DNA of 37,988 bases from NCBI GenBank assembly GCA_032718475.1, contig JAUCBJ010002691.1, positions 1-37,988 on the forward strand. Direction: 5' to 3'. Source of the stretch: Nemertoderma westbladi. Its lineage: Eukaryota; Animalia; Xenacoelomorpha. Position numbers and translations under genes: made by a program. The notes under the pieces are model-generated. The model was not told the origin of the DNA and did no database searches. It was given only the letters and a program-made list of their open reading frames with translations. Shown piece after piece: positions 33,089 through 37,988 of the stretch; position 1 is the first letter of the stretch; each line of letters starts with the position of its first letter.

Positions 33089-34420
33089 AACTAATTATAC
33101 CAACTAATCTCTAATTTTTATAACGAACTGGGCCATTATCATTGAATGGTATGGGCGGACCATCTCCGGGAAAATAGTGTATAGTCAGTGACGACATGGA
33201 ACGCACTAAGTATTTTTTTACAAAAAGTTGTGTTCTTGTTGGGTTGTAGTAATATGATCGTGAATCTTAGCTTAGCGAAGTTATTCTTCGAGACAGATAG
33301 GTAAAAAAAATCGGAGGCGGGGGGGGGGGGGGGGGTATCTGAATAAAGACACTAAATTCCATGGCATGGTGTAACACGTAAAATAATATCTTATTGTAAT
33401 TGATTCTCAAAGTAAGATCAAACAGTCAATGACCGTGAAATCAGATTGTACATATGAATGACCGATGATTATCTGTATCATTGTTGTATTTCATTACATA
33501 TCTGTAAGTGGTAATGCCATAAACTGGGGCCTTTCGTTTTTGTTTAATATCAATTAACTATGTGTTATTAACATACATGTACAGGGAAATGGCAGGTTTC
33601 TGTGGCACAGGACACAGTGTTAATAGAAACACCTATAAATCAGAATTTAACATTCGGATATTAACCATACTTAATTTTTGATTGTTCATTCAACAAAATC
33701 GAACCCTCAAATCTCTAAATCTGATTCATCTACATCAGTTTAATTTGTACCAACTCATATAATATAAAATACATTCATTTTTGCGGTATTGTGTATACGT
33801 AGATTGGCAGACTATACAATCATCACAGTCTAAGAGTGTTTCACTGACATTCCCGTAATTTAAATTCTTTTTAGAGCACTTTTCAAGGAAACATGAAAAA
33901 TAATGGCTGGGGTTGATTATGTACAGTTAGCTAAGGGTGAGCCGATCATAGTAGAAAGGGACCAAGTGCGACCGGGTTGTAATCCTACCGGGAACTTTAG
34001 CCATTCAACACGGCCTCGGTGAATGAATACCGCTAGCTTAGAATTTAATATAAATTAATGCATCTGCACTCGCCTAAATAATAAAGCCCCGGGGGGATAT
34101 TATTGTTTAGAAAGTCGTTTAAGTTCTATGCCTTTCGAACTCTTATTGGTTACGGTAACAATTAATTATGACTGTATGATAAAATAAAAATACCAATAAT
34201 CTGCCTTCAGAATACATTGTTACTGAAGTATAAAAGTGAATTTAGCATCGTGATCATAATTTGAATCAAATTTCTCTCCAGTTCTTTGTAACAAGAATTA
34301 ATATAAGCATTTAATTGAATTTCAACAACAAAAACTTTCAACGCATTTATCACAAATGTTTTTTTTTTCGTTGACCCTTTCAACTGTGACCATTGACAAT
34401 AAGGTGGAGTATTCCTCCCC

Positions 34421-34497
34421 TACTACTACTACTACTACTAGGATCGGCATGCTGCATTGCAGCTGCATTTTTAAGAATGCTGTGCCGGCTTGTCAAC
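34421..34497 (-). mobile_element. Very short 3' end of the same LINE family as 17049-18065, with a (TAG)n tail
   Basis: Reverse complement AAGCCGGCACAGCATTC...TGCAGCTGCAATGCAGCATGCCGATCC(TAG)n aligns with 18006-18065. TSD-like flanks ATTCCTCCCC (34411-34420) and ATTCCTTCCC (34501-34510). Confidence 0.7.
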
Positions 34498-34742
34498 AAA
34501 ATTCCTTCCCAATAGAGTTTATCAAAGCTGTATCTGTATTAAATACTAGTAGGCCTAATTTGTTAAATATTTCGATGATATTTGTGATTACAGAATTTTG
34601 AATAAAGTAGAAAGCAAGCAGTAATAATAAACAGCAGTAATGTATGGCATACTTTAACTTTTCACTTTCTCAACTCATTCGCCATTGAGCAAATTATTTT
34701 GGTTTACTAAACAAAATTTAGATTTTCTAAGTTTTTGGATTT

Positions 34743-34834
34743 GTGGCACCATGACCTACTAAATATACGACCATGAAAGCTGCATTCAGAATGCAGATTT
34801 CATGAACGTATATATTGGTAGGTCAGGGTGGCAC
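34743..34834. repeat. 92-bp imperfect palindrome (mini-MITE or hairpin)
   Basis: GTGGCACCATGACCTACTAAATATACGACCATGAAAGCTGCATTC-A-GAATGCAGATTTCATGAACGTATATATTGGTAGGTCAGGGTGGCAC. Confidence 0.85.
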
Positions 34835-34860
34835 GTTATTCTAACCAAATCAATAAACTA

Positions 34861-35862
34861 CAGTCGGAGCAATATACAAAAAAGTGTCCACAAAAAAGTG
34901 AGACCGTGATGTAATTCCATTTCTACTGAATGAAATCTCATGAATTAAAATGTTACAGGTAGACATTTCCATCAGGAATCTAGGAAACCATGTTTGCTAA
35001 ACGCTACTGTAAATAAATAGCATTACATTTTGCTTGATATCGTCAAAACCACTGAAAACGTGATATTTTGATAAAAAAATTATTAGGAGCAGTTATGTAA
35101 CATAACAAAGTCTATAATTTTTAAGAAAAATCATAATCTGTAGATGTATAGTTTAGCATACAGGAGATCCTGGAACATTTTGTTTTCTACTACACCACTA
35201 AAAATCTCACCGAATGGCAAAAATTGAATAACGACAATTATGGTTACAGGCACACCTTGACATTTTTTTTTAAGAATCTGCAATTACTCAGCTGTAACAC
35301 ACAAAAACAATTATACAAATTCATCGAAAACTTTTGAAGATGTGGGTTTGAAGAGCCTCAGATCGGGAGGGAAAACCATAAACTGTACCCTCCTGTAACC
35401 AACGTTAAAGCTAATAGAATCGCATATAATTGGTACCTCGGTAAAACAATAACAGTTCTGAAATCGTCCTTGAAAATGCTTTCATTTGATATATAATGGT
35501 CATACACAGCATTTATAATGTGTGTTTGGCAGTGTCAGTCGTACCATAAAACGTCCCCCACCTGTAACTGCCTGTAACCGGCTCTCATTACATTTACATG
35601 GAAGGTTACAGGCAAGCAAGTGTCCCACGCCTGTAACCAATTATCCAAGAATTGTATTAAAATAATGGTTACAGGAAGTGGACAGGAATGGACAAGCAGT
35701 ATATTTTTTACAGATCATATTTAAGGTCAGCCAAAACTCGCATTGAATTCTACAGACTCTGAGCTTTCAGAATATAATATATATGTTGGGTTTTGAGAAA
35801 CTTTATTTTTTACAAAAAAATTACTCTGGTTTGGCCACTTTTTTGTATATCGCCCAAGTCAA
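34861..35862. mobile_element. ~1-kb non-autonomous TIR element (Tc1/mariner-like end)
   Basis: TA|CAGTCGGAGCAATATACAAAAAAGTGTCCA versus TGGCCACTTTTTTGTATATCGCCC at ~35832-35855; internal CCTGTAAC/GTTACAGG sub-repeats are shared with the 19822-25738 element. Confidence 0.6.
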
Positions 35863-36064
35863 TAGAACAGAACAGGTTACAGTCGAGGTTTATTTTTGGG
35901 TGTAATCAGCTGTTATTTGAGTCGATTTTCCCCATAGATGTCACGAAAATCGTTTTGTCTATATAATATTTTTATACCATTGTGTCGTTTGAGTAATATT
36001 TCAAATTCCACCCAACGATTAAGTTTAAATATATTTTCTAATGATGACGTTTCTCGTCGTCTAG

Positions 36065-36265
<201 letters not shown>

Positions 36266-36306
36266 TAAGTATTGTTTGCTTCTACATCTACTACAGTATA
36301 TTTTAC

Positions 36307-36567
36307 TAGGGATGGCAAAACGAAACTAAAGTAATTTCAATTTCGTTTTGTTTTCAAAAATTTCTAGTATCATTATTATTTAATTTTTCAATTATTTTTT
36401 TATATTATTCAATGTGTTTATTAAATTTGATTAAATTTTGATTAATAACTTTGTATTTTAACGAAACGAAAACTATTTTAGCATAAATTTTTATTTCGTT
36501 TCGTTTAACATTTTTTTGTTACGTTATTGCCAAAAATGCTTCGTTTCGTTTCGTTATGCCATCCCTG
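36307..36567. mobile_element. hAT-type MITE (261 bp) with an 8-bp target-site duplication
   Basis: TIRs TAGGGATGGCAAAACGAAAC and GTTTCGTTATGCCATCCCTG; exact TSD TATTTTAC at 36299-36306 and 36568-36575; internal (AACGA)n sub-terminal repeats. Confidence 0.92.
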
Positions 36568-36638
36568 TATTTTACCACAATAATAGTTAATAATTATCGC
36601 ATTGCGGGGTGTCTCCTCTCTACTATATCGCACCGTAG

Positions 36639-36905
<267 letters not shown>

Positions 36906-36939
36906 TAATCCAGTTAATATCGCTTAAAACAAAAAAGTC

Positions 36940-37175
36940 ATTCGCAATAAATCAAAACCACATTTTATGGATTCTAATCTATATCACCTTATTGTCGATG
37001 TCGTAAAAATTGTCGATAATATAAATTTTTGCGGATCATATTATTTACCCCATGGCAATTATACGAAATTGACTATACAAGCCAAACAAATGGTGCAGTG
37101 CAGGCGGCTGCAGGGAAGAGAAAGTAGTCTAGCGAATTAGTGATTTACCAGAATAATTTATTTATTTAACTGTAC
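36940..37175. mobile_element. Diverged partial copy of the element at 119-1108
   Basis: Blocks TTCGCAAT, TGGATTCTA, TTTTGCGGATCAT, CAAGCCAAACAAA and CCAGAATAATTTA appear in the same order as in 152-350. Confidence 0.7.
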
Positions 37176-37517
37176 AATAAATACAGTTGATTGCGAGATT
37201 TTGGTTTAGCCAAATCAGCTGCCCGTATTAAATTTCACAGAACTGAGAAATGCGCCATTAAATTGGGAAATATTCTGTAAAATATTGTTAACAACCATTG
37301 TGAAATTTTGAAAGAATACCGGGTACCCGATAAAATAGATCAGTTTCGCTTTGCCAGAAATTACCCAACCACCAATGTATTTCAGAACATGGAATCCTGT
37401 CATATTATATGCACCTATAGCTATAATATATAATGTGAGATATTACCTTATCATTATACCATATACTGTACCAACTATTCCATCAATATAACCAAATGTT
37501 TACGGACAAAATCAGGT

Positions 37518-37773
37518 CTAGTTTGATTGGATCTTTTGATCAATCCAATTTCTATAATTAGCGACGTTAGCGAAAATATTAGGATAATCTGCCTCGTAAC
37601 ATTCCATCGACTTACTATGACTTCCTACTCCAATGAGAACCCATCGGCCATCCAGGTTGCAGCTGAGCGGCCCACCAGAGTCACCATTACAAGCTGAACT
37701 ACCATCGTTTATACCGGCGCACATGTTACCGGGATGTTTAATCGATTGTCCCCATAGAGTCTCAGCCATGCAT
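37518..37773 (-). CDS. Last exon of an S1 (chymotrypsin/elastase-like) serine protease, antisense within a PASK intron
   Basis: MCAG...SACNGDSGGPLSC...WVLIGVGS...PNIFANVANYRNWI; minus-strand acceptor tttctag|ATGC at 37774/37773; TAG stop at 37518-37520. Confidence 0.92.
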
Positions 37774-37988
37774 CTAGAAATAATTATTATCTAAAATATA
37801 TTGAATGAAATTCGATTTGTATTTCTGACCATAAATCTCGAAGTCTTAAATCATTACACGAGCTGTGGATTACAGGATTTTACCAGCTGTTTATAGTGGC
37901 TAGCAAGCAAGCAAACAGTCTGCCGAAGCCGGAGGCGACCCGAAGGTTCCTCTTTCGATAGCTGCTACCCGAAGTTAAGGGTGAGCGC

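Noticed and set aside
37900-37988. GC-richer end segment after (AGCA)n that may be a retroelement tail
   Set aside because: Truncated by the window edge with no second copy here, so it cannot be supported.

Overview
AT-rich eukaryotic, animal-type genomic DNA with GT-AG introns. The backbone is a + strand PAS-domain Ser/Thr kinase gene (PASK). Eight internal exons are visible (5519-36819) and all splice phases join in frame; its first and last exons lie outside the window. Its introns host three other protein genes: an intronless divergent RhoGAP-like ORF (- strand), an intronless eRF3/GSPT1 gene on the same strand inside the intron that splits the kinase domain, and the last exon of an S1 serine protease (- strand). 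The introns also hold a ~8.9 kb 31/35-bp satellite whose unit is the amplified exon/5'-splice-site junction, a ~5 kb 42-bp C-rich minisatellite apparently carried inside a TIR element, a decayed LINE, SINE copies and several MITEs. The most notable signal is that the eRF3 release-factor CDS ends in UGA-CUA, a known leaky-stop context. It is followed by a GC-rich, self-complementary, in-frame 48-codon extension ending in UAA. This suggests stop-codon readthrough, possibly autoregulatory, on a termination factor's own mRNA; that interpretation is a hypothesis. All alignments and counts were done by eye.
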